Shown here: in pieces, positions 8,956 through 17,988 of the stretch
How positions within the stretch are numbered: position 1 is the stretch's first letter
Layout: each line of letters starts with the position of its first letter
Source: an uncultured Rhodothermales bacterium
GTDB taxonomy: Bacteria; Bacteroidota; Rhodothermia; Rhodothermales; VXPQ01
Direction: 5' to 3'
NCBI GenBank assembly: GCA_964640145.1
Contig: CAZXHQ010000002.1
Span: 1,660 to 29,298 of the forward strand
Length of the DNA stretch: 27,639 bases
The notes under the pieces: model-generated
The model's database searches: none
Told to the model about the DNA's origin: nothing
The model's input: the letters and a program-made list of their open reading frames with translations, nothing else
Position numbers and translations under genes: made by a program

Positions 8956-9605
8956 TAGATACGACAGAACAGGTCGTTACGGTGGAGTAAGTAAAGCACC
9001 CGGTCGTGCCGGTGGGGAGATGACCAGGGACGCGAAGAAAATCTCCCAGGGACCGGCAAGAGTCGTATTCATCCCCATGTACACGCGTCGGCCGCCTGAT
9101 ACCTAAACCGGGCAGACGAATTGGCGACGTCCGACGTGTCTCCGGACGGTGAATTCGTCTCTCCGGCCCGTTGATGCGCGCACTCTGTCCGACACCCGGC
9201 CGAGATCATCTTGCGTAATCCTGACGAAGGTGGCCGTCAGCTTGCGGTCCGGTTCTTTGCTACAGGTCTCCGACGAGTCTGGAAGCCCGCTGAAGCGGCC
9301 TATAGGTGAGAGGCCGGGGGAGAGGCGCCATTTCTCAGCGCCTCCTTAAAGAGCTTTAGTAGATCTCGTGCGCAGGTCGTAGCTTGCGATGCAGAGACAC
9401 CCTGGCTAAGTTTATGACGAAATGCGTTACGCCGGCACCGTTTGGGCTGTGGCCGGCTGACGTAGACGGCATCGATCGGATGGCCGGGCGTGCAGCCTTC
9501 CCCTGCGTTTTCATGACGACCCGGAGGTCTCCCCTTCCGCAGATATCGAGCTGCCCGGCTTGGAGAAGCATCTCGTATTACGATGGACACCCTTTGAGAA
9601 GCGAC

Positions 9606-10694
9606 ATGCCGGTCAAATTGCTGGTGACGAAGCGAGGTTCGAGCGAAGGTGACGCCTCGGATGCGTTCGTATTCGACCAGGATCGAATCACCATCGGACG
9701 CGATTCCTCGAATCTGCTGGTCCTTCCTGACGAGAGGAAAGTCGTCGGACGTCAACACGCGGAGATCCATCAAAGCGGCAATATGTACCAGCTCGTGGAT
9801 CTGGGGAGTAAGAACTTCACCTATCTTCAGGGCGAACGTCTTGAGGCCAGACGGCCCCATCCCCTCGAGGAGGGCGATGTCGTCAGGATCGGAGACTTTG
9901 AAATTCTGTTCTCGACCACGGCACCGGTGAAGGCGGATCGCGACCGGACGGTCTTCGTGTCTAATCCCTTCCAGGAGTTGGGTGAGGAGCTGATCGACGT
10001 GCTGACCCGGATGGAGGCGACGTATGCTGACATGCCGGGCCAGCGGGACGCGGCGCTGCGGGAGGCTGTCCGGCTGGCAGCCGACGGGCAGGACCATTCC
10101 GGTGTGCTGCAGGGGATCGTCGACGCGCTGGGCGGGGCGAAGGCCGGTTCCGGAGCCGACGATGAGGTCGTCGATGCGCTCGTGAAATTCGCCTCCTCCC
10201 TGGCCGGAATACCCTCCAGATTCCGCCACGAGTTTATCGGCCAGACGATCGCGCAGTCGCGAGAATCGTCCTTCCTCTACGACGGTGACCCTGACACCCT
10301 GGAGCGGTATCTTACTGATCCCACGATCTCCGAAGAGGAGCGGCACCATCGCCTCCATCTGCTCAAAAGTGCCGCCGATGAGCTGGCGATGCATCAGGTG
10401 GCCTTGCTTGATGGCTATAAAGCGAGCATATTGAACGGCGTGGTGCAGTTCCTGGACTTCATAGATCCAGATACGATCGAACAGCAATTGGTGCAGGAGC
10501 AGGCTTTTTTCCGGGTCTTCCCTTTTCTGGCCAAGCTGCAGGTGGTTCGCCGGTTAAAGCAGGCCTGCCGCGAGCTGCGTTCGGAAGACTGGGCGGCGGC
10601 CGAGCGCCGAGTGTTCCGGCCCGCGTTCGTACGGGCCTACTTGGCCCGAATGACGTCTCTGGAGAAAACCGGCCCCGACGCCACGTCAACGTGA
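9606..10694 (+). CDS. tagH: T6SS-associated FHA-domain protein (Fha/TagH).
   Basis: N-terminal FHA domain (ITIGRDSSNLLVLPDERKVVGRQHAEIHQSGNMYQLVDLGSKNFTYLQGERL...GDVVRIGDFEILF). It sits first in the T6SS gene block, directly before tssJ-tssK-tssL-tssM as in the Pseudomonas H1-T6SS. The ATG at 9606 puts the FHA domain at the N-terminus as expected. The track start at 9384 is less likely. Confidence 0.8.
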   Translation: MPVKLLVTKRGSSEGDASDAFVFDQDRITIGRDSSNLLVLPDERKVVGRQHAEIHQSGNMYQLVDLGSKNFTYLQGERLEARRPHPLEEGDVVRIGDFEILFSTTAPVKADRDRTVFVSNPFQELGEELIDVLTRMEATYADMPGQRDAALREAVRLAADGQDHSGVLQGIVDALGGAKAGSGADDEVVDALVKFASSLAGIPSRFRHEFIGQTIAQSRESSFLYDGDPDTLERYLTDPTISEEERHHRLHLLKSAADELAMHQVALLDGYKASILNGVVQFLDFIDPDTIEQQLVQEQAFFRVFPFLAKLQVVRRLKQACRELRSEDWAAAERRVFRPAFVRAYLARMTSLEKTGPDATST

Positions 10695-10740
10695 CGGCTG
10701 CCCTTCGACGGCAGTCTTCGAACCTTTCGAGCAGCATGGT

Positions 10741-11181
10741 ATGAATCGGTTTCGAATCCTTCGTATTTACTTGATTTGGCCGGCGCTCTGTTTGTTGATG
10801 GTCGGCGGCTGCAAGAGCAGTAGCGAGGTGCAGGTGCGCGTCACGGGCGAGCCTGACATGAGGAACGCGACGCGCGTGCGCATCTATCAGCTTTCCAGTC
10901 AAGCGAATTTCGAGACGGCGCGCTTTGTAGATTTATTCAGGGACGACGATGCGGTCTTGGGAGCGGAGCTGCTTCAAAAGGAACAGGTTCAAATTTTTCC
11001 GGACCAGGCTCAGACGCTCCTTATCGAGCCCAGTCAAGACGCACAGTACATAGGCGTGGCTGCCGACGTCCGAGAGCCGGAGGGGAACGCGTGGCGGACC
11101 ATTCACGAGGTCCGGAATGTGAGGGGCAGAGAGATGGTGGTGATCGTCGGGACTGGTCGCCTGCTCGTAGAGGTCAGATGA
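10741..11181 (+). CDS. tssJ: T6SS outer-membrane lipoprotein TssJ.
   Basis: 146-aa protein with a lipoprotein signal and lipobox (LCLLMVGGC). Its size and position between fha and tssK match TssJ/SciN. The call rests mainly on context plus the lipoprotein signal. Confidence 0.65.
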   Translation: MNRFRILRIYLIWPALCLLMVGGCKSSSEVQVRVTGEPDMRNATRVRIYQLSSQANFETARFVDLFRDDDAVLGAELLQKEQVQIFPDQAQTLLIEPSQDAQYIGVAADVREPEGNAWRTIHEVRNVRGREMVVIVGTGRLLVEVR

Positions 11182-11250
11182 AGCTTGCCGTCGCGAATTT
11201 TCCCTGTACGGATGAGTTTTCACGAAACGCAGGGGTAGTGCGAGGGATGC

Positions 11251-12618
11251 ATGGCGCATGACCATAGACGCATACTGTGGTTTGAGGGGATGACCCTCGA
11301 TCCGCACCACCTGCAGCAGTGGGACCGGTATCAGCAGAGTACGCTGAACGGGCGCATTCGCGCGCTCTCACGATACGACTGGGGACTGACGTCGCTCGAA
11401 ATCGACCAGGACAGGCTCGCCAACGGTGAATTCCGGCTCGTACGCTGCAGCGGCGTCCTTCCCGACGGATTGGTCTTCAACATGCCTGACCACGACGTGC
11501 TGCCTGCACCGCGAAACGTACAGCAGGCGTTCGGGGCAACGCAGGATCGACTGAACGTCGTGCTGGCGTTACCGGCTAACCAACAGGACGGACGGAATGT
11601 CGCGCTCCAGGGCTCGCAGAACCGGCAAGAAATTCGATTTGCAGCGGAGACCATCAGGGTACGCGATGAAAACACCGGGGCCGACGAACGGGAAATCGAG
11701 GCCGTCCGTCCCTTGTTTCAGCTTCGGTTCGAAGGGGAGTCGCTGGAAAGCTTCACCAGTCTGCGTCTGGCCGAAATCCGTCGCGAGCCGAGCGGCGCGT
11801 TCGTATTGAGCGAAGAGTTCGTCCCGACGTGCATGCGAATATCGGCCTCTTCGACGTTGATGACGATCGCACGAAAAGTGCTGGAGCAGCTCGTAGCCAA
11901 GAGCGCCACGTTCTCGGATCGCGTGCAGACGATCAAGGCGCAGCGGGAACTCTCGCCGTCCGATCTGATGGTCGTGGGCCAGCTGAGCGCCATCAACGCC
12001 TACATCCCGCTCTTGAAACAGCACCATGAGCTGGGTGAGAGCTCGCCCGCGGCCTTCTTCTCCACGCTGCTGTCCCTTGCAGGCCAGCTGTCCGTGTACG
12101 TTCCCGGTACCCGGAACGTGAGTCCTCGCGATTATCCATGCTACGACCACGGCGCTCCGTCGGAGGGGTTTAACCGGATAGGCGCTATCTTGTACGAGAT
12201 GGTCGGCGGCGCCGCACCGCCTGCGAATTACGTAGAGATACCGCTGCAGAAGAAGCGTGAGAACGTCTATACGGCCGAGCTGGAGGAGGCGCTCCTCGGT
12301 AGAGCTCAGCTCTTCATCGTGGCGCGCAGCGAGGAGATACCGGAAGAACGACTGATTACGGATCTGCCGCGCATGCTGCGGGTCGCCTCGCCCGAGACGC
12401 TCGATCAGGTGCTCGGAGCCGCCGTCCTGGCGCTGCCGCTAGAACATACCACCCGCCTCCCGGCCGGCATGCGCGTGGACGCGCAGGCCAATTACTTCCA
12501 GCTGCAGAAGCGAGGATCGTTCTGGTCGGCCATCGAAGACAGTAGCGCCGTCGCCATCTTCGTTCCCGATGAGTTCATAGGGGTCCATCTTAAACTGGTC
12601 GCCGTAGAGAGACCGTGA
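11251..12618 (+). CDS. tssK: T6SS baseplate subunit TssK.
   Basis: N-terminal TssK signature (ILWFEGMTLDPHHLQQWDRYQQ, compare canonical IxWxEGMxLxPQHFQQxDRY). It is 455 aa with a GAGGG RBS upstream. Its stop overlaps the tssL start. Confidence 0.9.
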   Translation: MAHDHRRILWFEGMTLDPHHLQQWDRYQQSTLNGRIRALSRYDWGLTSLEIDQDRLANGEFRLVRCSGVLPDGLVFNMPDHDVLPAPRNVQQAFGATQDRLNVVLALPANQQDGRNVALQGSQNRQEIRFAAETIRVRDENTGADEREIEAVRPLFQLRFEGESLESFTSLRLAEIRREPSGAFVLSEEFVPTCMRISASSTLMTIARKVLEQLVAKSATFSDRVQTIKAQRELSPSDLMVVGQLSAINAYIPLLKQHHELGESSPAAFFSTLLSLAGQLSVYVPGTRNVSPRDYPCYDHGAPSEGFNRIGAILYEMVGGAAPPANYVEIPLQKKRENVYTAELEEALLGRAQLFIVARSEEIPEERLITDLPRMLRVASPETLDQVLGAAVLALPLEHTTRLPAGMRVDAQANYFQLQKRGSFWSAIEDSSAVAIFVPDEFIGVHLKLVAVERP

Positions 12619-13373
12619 GCGCCACCAAGCAAGAGGTACGGAATATGCCCGGTGTTGGAGATTCGTTTGCTCCGACGCTCGAAGAGGGGCGCACGCGCCG
12701 CCTCGCGGAGATCTATGCGCCGTGCTTTACCCTGATCCTGCAGCTGCGCGGGGCTCCCTACAGCGGCACCCCCGACGTGCTGCGCCGGCGCGTCAAAGAC
12801 TTGCTGGAACGCGCCAGCCGGGAGGCCCGGCAAGCGTCTGCCTCTTCTGACGACGTGGAGATGGCCGTATTTGCCCTGGTCGCCTTCCTTGACGAGGCCA
12901 TCCTGTCGACGGACTGGCCGCAGAAGGAGAAATGGCTGGCGAAGCCGCTGCAGTTGGAGATGTACGAACGGTTCGACGCCGGCGAGGCATTTTTTGAGCG
13001 GCTGGAAAGCCTGCGCGAGAAGCCGGAGTCTCGCTTCGAGGTGCTGGAGGTGTATTACCTGTGCATGGCGCTTGGCTTCAAAGGCAAATATCGATTCCAC
13101 GGTCAGGACCAGCTCAGAATGCTGATCGAAGAAACGTACGCGCAGCTGCGGAACGGATCGGGAATCGGCTCCCGTGTCCTGGCGCCGCACGCTCGCCCGC
13201 GCGACCAGCTGGCCACGGAAGTCAAGCAGAAGCTGCCTACCTGGGTCATCGTGGTCTTCGCGGTGGCCGTCGGGCTCGTCGTGTACGTCGGTCTGAGGGT
13301 CTCCATCACCAACATAGCCAACGAGGCGGCCGCCGCGATTGAGGCGGCTTCACAAACGTACGTCCCGCGCTGA
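12615..13373 (+). CDS. tssL: T6SS membrane subunit TssL (DotU/IcmH family).
   Basis: DotU-like cytoplasmic domain (LAEIYAPCFTLILQLRG...FEVLEVYYLCMALGFKGKYRF) followed by a single C-terminal TM helix (LPTWVIVVFAVAVGLVVYVGL) and a short tail. The GTG start at 12615 overlaps the tssK stop by 4 bp. An alternative ATG lies at 12645. There is no C-terminal OmpA-like peptidoglycan-binding extension. Confidence 0.85.
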   Translation: MSATKQEVRNMPGVGDSFAPTLEEGRTRRLAEIYAPCFTLILQLRGAPYSGTPDVLRRRVKDLLERASREARQASASSDDVEMAVFALVAFLDEAILSTDWPQKEKWLAKPLQLEMYERFDAGEAFFERLESLREKPESRFEVLEVYYLCMALGFKGKYRFHGQDQLRMLIEETYAQLRNGSGIGSRVLAPHARPRDQLATEVKQKLPTWVIVVFAVAVGLVVYVGLRVSITNIANEAAAAIEAASQTYVPR

Positions 13374-13409
13374 GCGTCCGGTCGTACTCACTTACGTAGC
13401 CCCCTTTCC

Positions 13410-16400
13410 ATGTTGCGCTGGCTGCTAAACATACTGACGAGTCGTGCCTTCCTGATCACCGTCGGCGTCGTAGGGCTGCTGGGGCTCATCTGGCTTCTCG
13501 GCGGTGAGCTCGGATGGTCCTACGAGATCCGACTGCTCGGCATGGTCGGAGTACTCCTTCTTTGCGTGATCGGGATGGCGATCGGCTTCGCGCGGGCGAA
13601 TCGGGACGCGGCGGCCATCGAGGATTCGATCAAGCAGCAGGCGCAGCGGCAGCTGATCGATGCGCGGCCGGATCGCCGGCCCGAGATCGAACAGCTCCAG
13701 CAGCAGCTGGAAGCCGCCATCGAGAAGCTCAAGCAGTCGAAGCTGGGGCGGGGTCGCCGCGGGCGAGCCGCGCTATACGCGCTTCCCTGGTACCTCTTTA
13801 TCGGCCCGCCGGCAGCGGGCAAGACGACGGCGATCGCCAACTCGGGGCTGAATTTCCCCCTCGGCACCAACCGCGTCCGCGGAGTCGGAGGCACGCGGAA
13901 CTGCGACTGGTTCTTTTCCGATGCCGCGATTCTTCTGGATACGGCGGGCCGGTATACGACCGAGTACGAGGACACCGAGGAATGGCTGGCATTTCTCGAA
14001 ACCCTCAAGAAGCACCGGCCCGAACGGCCCATCAACGGCGTGATCGTGGGCATCAGCATTACGGACCTCGCCGACGCATCGTTGGAGCAGGTCGAGTGGC
14101 ACGCCGACAACATCCGCCGTCGACTCGATGAGTTGATTCAAGAGCTGGGGGTACGGTTTCCCGTCTACCTCACCTTTACGAAGTGCGATCTGATTCAGGG
14201 CTTTGTCGAGTTCTTCGGCGCCCTCTCCCGAAAGGAACGGGAGCAGATTTGGGGAAGCACGCTGGACAGGGATCAGCAGGAGAGCGCTGACATGCGCGCC
14301 GTCTTCGAGGCCGAGTTCGGCCGCCTCGTGGATGCCCTGGTAAATCTTCGTTCCGAACGGCTCTCGCGCGCCATGAAGCGCGAGGAGCGGAAGAACGTGT
14401 ACGTCTTTCCCCTTGAGTTCGCCGCGCTCGAGGACAATCTGGCGCACTTCGTCGACCGGCTGTTCAAACCCAATCCCTATCAGGAGAGTGCGATCTTTCG
14501 CGGGTTCTATTTCACCAGCGGTACGCAGGAGGGCGTTCCCATCGACCGGGTCATCCAGTCCATCGCCCAGCAGTTCGACCTGCCTCCCGAAATCCGATCG
14601 GAGTTCGATCCGCAGATCGATACGAAGTCTTATTTCATTGCCGACCTGTTTACCGACGTCGTCATTCCCGATCAATATATGGTCTCGCAGAGCTCCCGCG
14701 CGGCCACGAAGATGCGCCTCGTTCAGGGCGGGATCGCGGTCGCGTCGATCGTGCTGCTCGGGTTGTTTATTCTCGGCTCGGTTACCGCCTTTCTCAGCAG
14801 CAAGCAAGATCTGCGGAACATGCAGAGCACGGCGGTCGCCACGGCGCAGGTTCGATGGGACGCCGCCGCCGACGCGGCGAGTCAGCTCGAAACGATGGAC
14901 CAGCTGCGCGACCGCGTAGAAGACTTCGAGGGCTTTCCGCCGGTCACGCAGATAGGACTCAGCCGGCGCGGTCACGTGCTCGAACCGGCCCGGCGTCTCT
15001 ACGACGCAAAGGTGCGAGAGTTCGTCTATGCGTATCCCTTCTCGGTACTGGAAGCGCGGCTTCGCGAAGCCTCCTTCCGCTCCGACGTATCCGACTCGCT
15101 CAGAGAAGTCTATTACGCGGACCTGAAGGCGTACCTTCTCGCGACGCGAAGCGATGTGGAGCGTCTCGGCGCCGAAGAGGACCGGACGTTTTTGCGGCGA
15201 CGCCTCACCGCGATTGCGGAGACGGCGCTGGATCCCGACGTGCCGGCGTCGTCGGAGGCGGCTGCACAGCTCGACGAGCAGATCGGGTTCTTCGTGAACG
15301 GTCTCGGCGACCGGCGAATCGACGCCTTCGATGCGGATGAAACCCTCGTCGCCGGCGTCCGCAGCCTCATCGAGGCACCGCTCACGCCGGCGACGATCTA
15401 CGCCTCGATCAAACGCGACGTCGAGCCGAGGACGAATCCCGTCACGCTCCAGAGCGTGCTGCAAGGCCGCGGCCTCGATCTGTTCGTAGGACAACCGGAG
15501 GTCTCCGGTTTCTTCACGAAGGAGGCGTGGCGCCGCTTCGTGAGGCAGTCGATCGCGGAGCGAAGCGAAGATCCGGATCGTGACGACTGGGTCTTAGGGG
15601 GAATCGAGGACCGCGGGACGAGTCTGCCCGAAAAAGAAGCGCTCGAAGAGGAACTAACCCGGCTGTACTTCAACGAGTATGCGCGCGAGTGGCTGCGATT
15701 CCTTCGGGAGGTACGCTACCGAAGCTTCAGCAGCCTTCCCGGAGCCGCCCGTCAGGTGGATGCGCTGGGCAGCGCAAGCGACTCGCCGCTGCTCTACGTG
15801 ATGGCTCGCGTCGCGGATGAGACGCTGATGGAGCGCGAGCTCTTCGAGGCGGCATCCACAGGCATCCGAAACGGAATCAACAACCTCATCAACAGCGTGA
15901 CGGGGCGGACGGGCTCGGCCGACAGCGAAGTGGAGAGCCCCTTCCCGGTCGAGCGCCGCTTCAGCGCACTCCACAGCCTCAGGCCCGGACAGGCCCAGTC
16001 GGGCGCGGCGGAACAGCCGTTGTACGACGCCCTGGCAGCCCTGGCACGGCTTGCGGAGGATCTCCACGGGCTCGACGAGCCGCCGAAGTCCGTCGAATAC
16101 GCGGCGGCCGTACTGAACGCGAACGGGGGGAATCTGGCCGAAGAATTGCGAACGATCCAGCGTGTTCTCAGCCGGCAGGAGAGTGAGATAAGGAGGCTTT
16201 TCGAAGCACCGGTGGACCTGGCGTGGGCGGTCGTTCTCACAACGGCCCAGCAGCATGTGAACCAGCGCTGGAATGAGGAAGTCTTCGGGCCGTTCCGGGA
16301 GAGGCTCGCCGGCCGGTTCCCCATCGATGCGAGCAGCGACAACGACGTGCCGATCAGGGATTTTGAGGACTTCTTCCGGCCGCAAGACGGCATTCTTGCC

Positions 16401-16955
16401 TCCTTCCGAGGCGAGGTCCTGGATCCGTTCCTGACGTCCGGCGGCGTGCGGACCTGGAATGGCCGGGGCCTGAGCGTGTCGCCCGAGGCGTTCAGAGCGT
16501 TCGAGCAGGCCGAGCGTATCGGACGGGGTCTATTCACCGGCGGCGTGATGCAGACGCAGTTCACGCTGCAGCCGGCCGATCCCATTCAACCCGACGACGT
16601 GGCGATCTCGATGATCGCGATCGACCTCGGGAGGACCTCTTACGAATGGTTTATGGGGGCGTACTTCAGCGATGATCCGATCACCTGGCCCGGCGCGGCC
16701 CCCGGCGCCTCTCTGCGGGTCGAGACCCGGCGGGGCTTTCTCTCGCCGCTCACGTTTGACGGCGCATGGGCATTCTTCAGGCTTCTGATGGAGGCGAACA
16801 TTACCGAACGTGGTTCGGCGAGTTACGGCGTAACCTGGCCCCTCGAGAGGGGCGTCTCCGTGCGCTACACGCTCACCACCGGGAGCAGCTCCAACCCCTT
16901 CGGTAACCCGCGCGCCTTTTTTAGCTTCCGGTGTCCGCAAACCCTCGACGCATAG
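13410..16955 (+). CDS. tssM: T6SS membrane subunit TssM (IcmF).
   Basis: 1181 aa. N-terminal TM helices, a Walker A NTPase motif (FIGPPAAGKTTAI), another TM helix near residue 430, and a large C-terminal periplasmic domain. The size, order (after tssL) and motifs are canonical for IcmF/TssM. Confidence 0.9.
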   Translation: MLRWLLNILTSRAFLITVGVVGLLGLIWLLGGELGWSYEIRLLGMVGVLLLCVIGMAIGFARANRDAAAIEDSIKQQAQRQLIDARPDRRPEIEQLQQQLEAAIEKLKQSKLGRGRRGRAALYALPWYLFIGPPAAGKTTAIANSGLNFPLGTNRVRGVGGTRNCDWFFSDAAILLDTAGRYTTEYEDTEEWLAFLETLKKHRPERPINGVIVGISITDLADASLEQVEWHADNIRRRLDELIQELGVRFPVYLTFTKCDLIQGFVEFFGALSRKEREQIWGSTLDRDQQESADMRAVFEAEFGRLVDALVNLRSERLSRAMKREERKNVYVFPLEFAALEDNLAHFVDRLFKPNPYQESAIFRGFYFTSGTQEGVPIDRVIQSIAQQFDLPPEIRSEFDPQIDTKSYFIADLFTDVVIPDQYMVSQSSRAATKMRLVQGGIAVASIVLLGLFILGSVTAFLSSKQDLRNMQSTAVATAQVRWDAAADAASQLETMDQLRDRVEDFEGFPPVTQIGLSRRGHVLEPARRLYDAKVREFVYAYPFSVLEARLREASFRSDVSDSLREVYYADLKAYLLATRSDVERLGAEEDRTFLRRRLTAIAETALDPDVPASSEAAAQLDEQIGFFVNGLGDRRIDAFDADETLVAGVRSLIEAPLTPATIYASIKRDVEPRTNPVTLQSVLQGRGLDLFVGQPEVSGFFTKEAWRRFVRQSIAERSEDPDRDDWVLGGIEDRGTSLPEKEALEEELTRLYFNEYAREWLRFLREVRYRSFSSLPGAARQVDALGSASDSPLLYVMARVADETLMERELFEAASTGIRNGINNLINSVTGRTGSADSEVESPFPVERRFSALHSLRPGQAQSGAAEQPLYDALAALARLAEDLHGLDEPPKSVEYAAAVLNANGGNLAEELRTIQRVLSRQESEIRRLFEAPVDLAWAVVLTTAQQHVNQRWNEEVFGPFRERLAGRFPIDASSDNDVPIRDFEDFFRPQDGILASFRGEVLDPFLTSGGVRTWNGRGLSVSPEAFRAFEQAERIGRGLFTGGVMQTQFTLQPADPIQPDDVAISMIAIDLGRTSYEWFMGAYFSDDPITWPGAAPGASLRVETRRGFLSPLTFDGAWAFFRLLMEANITERGSASYGVTWPLERGVSVRYTLTTGSSSNPFGNPRAFFSFRCPQTLDA

Positions 16956-16980
16956 CTCGCTTCCCAAGCCTAGATCTGTG

Positions 16981-17958
16981 ATGGAGACCACAACCGGTCC
17001 GGTCTTCTGTTTCGGCAAGGTACCCGGCCATGGCGATTTTGTGCGCCACGGAGCGGGTGGGACGGGTCTGCAGGAGATGGATGCCTGGTTCCAAAAAGGG
17101 CTCTTCGCCGCGCGGGAGCGCGTACGGGACGGGTTCGACGATGCCTACGATGCGGCTCCGGCCTATGCCTTCGTGTTCGCTCCGGCGGATGAAGGAAGGA
17201 CCCTGATCGGCGTCGTGCAGACCAGCCGAGACCGAAGCGGACGCCGGTACCCGTTCCTGGTCGCCTTCGAGGCGGATCCCGCCCGGTTGGAGGTGCGCAG
17301 GATGGCCGGCATTCCCGTGCGATTCCGCCCGTTTTTCGAGTGGGCGGCGCCGCTGATAGGGGAGGCGACCGCCGGTCGGATCGAGATCCGGACCCTGTTC
17401 GAACGACTCGACGAGTTCAATGAGCTCTCCCGCGCGGCGTCTGCACGCACGCCGACGTACGAGGAGTACCTGCGGGAGACGACGTGCAAGACGCTCGTGG
17501 AACAGCTGTGGGGACAGTTCGCCGACGCACGGAAGTTCGTGGTAATGAAGAACCTCATCGACGTCACGGGCCCGATAAAGAACGGCGTTCCGGATCGCTT
17601 CAGGCTCGGACTGCGCTTTCCGCTGCCGGCCGACGGTTCTTTGAGGGACCATACGGCGGGCTTCTGGCTGGACCTCTGCCTCCGTCTGCTCCGCTTTCCG
17701 CAGGTGCAGCCCACGTTCTTCTGGACCGCTCCGCGGGCAAAGGCCGATCGACCGGTCCTGCTGCTGTACCTGCGCCCGCCGGCGGCGCAGGCCTTTCAAG
17801 ATTTGCTTCCCGTCGACCTCGAACGGGAGCGCCTGTGCGTTCTGGACAACACGACCGCTGCCGCGGCGTCCCAGGCCGGCCTCTCCATCCCGCCGCCCTA
17901 CGCCGCGCTGCTGGAGTCGGAGCAGGCGAGCCTGTGGGATGTCCTCGACCGCTTGTAG
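16981..17958 (+). CDS. tagF: T6SS-associated protein TagF (DUF2094) with a C-terminal extension.
   Basis: The N-terminus (GPVFCFGKVPGHGDFVRHG) matches the TagF family signature (GWFGKLPxxGDFV). It lies directly downstream of tssM as in the H1-T6SS. GTG at 16978 and ATG at 16981 are both possible starts. At 326 aa it is about 80-100 aa longer than typical TagF. Confidence 0.8.
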   Translation: METTTGPVFCFGKVPGHGDFVRHGAGGTGLQEMDAWFQKGLFAARERVRDGFDDAYDAAPAYAFVFAPADEGRTLIGVVQTSRDRSGRRYPFLVAFEADPARLEVRRMAGIPVRFRPFFEWAAPLIGEATAGRIEIRTLFERLDEFNELSRAASARTPTYEEYLRETTCKTLVEQLWGQFADARKFVVMKNLIDVTGPIKNGVPDRFRLGLRFPLPADGSLRDHTAGFWLDLCLRLLRFPQVQPTFFWTAPRAKADRPVLLLYLRPPAAQAFQDLLPVDLERERLCVLDNTTAAAASQAGLSIPPPYAALLESEQASLWDVLDRL

Positions 17959-17988
17959 AAGCGATTTCTCCGATCTAACACCACCGCC

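Noticed and set aside
9300-10487. 395-aa minus-strand ORF, and 9356-9571 minus, 71 aa
   Set aside because: Mostly antisense to fha. The 71-aa piece lies in the leader but is Arg/Gly/Ala-rich without an RBS. I judge both GC-driven artefacts.
10752-10768. GGTTTCGAATCCTT, resembling a tRNA T-arm
   Set aside because: It lies inside the tssJ start region. No acceptor or anticodon stems can be built around it, so it is coincidental.
13773-15494. 573-aa minus-strand ORF (plus 13520-14113 minus and 13514-14131 plus)
   Set aside because: These are embedded within or antisense to tssM, with Arg/Gly/Pro-rich low-complexity translations. The tssM frame has clear IcmF motifs.
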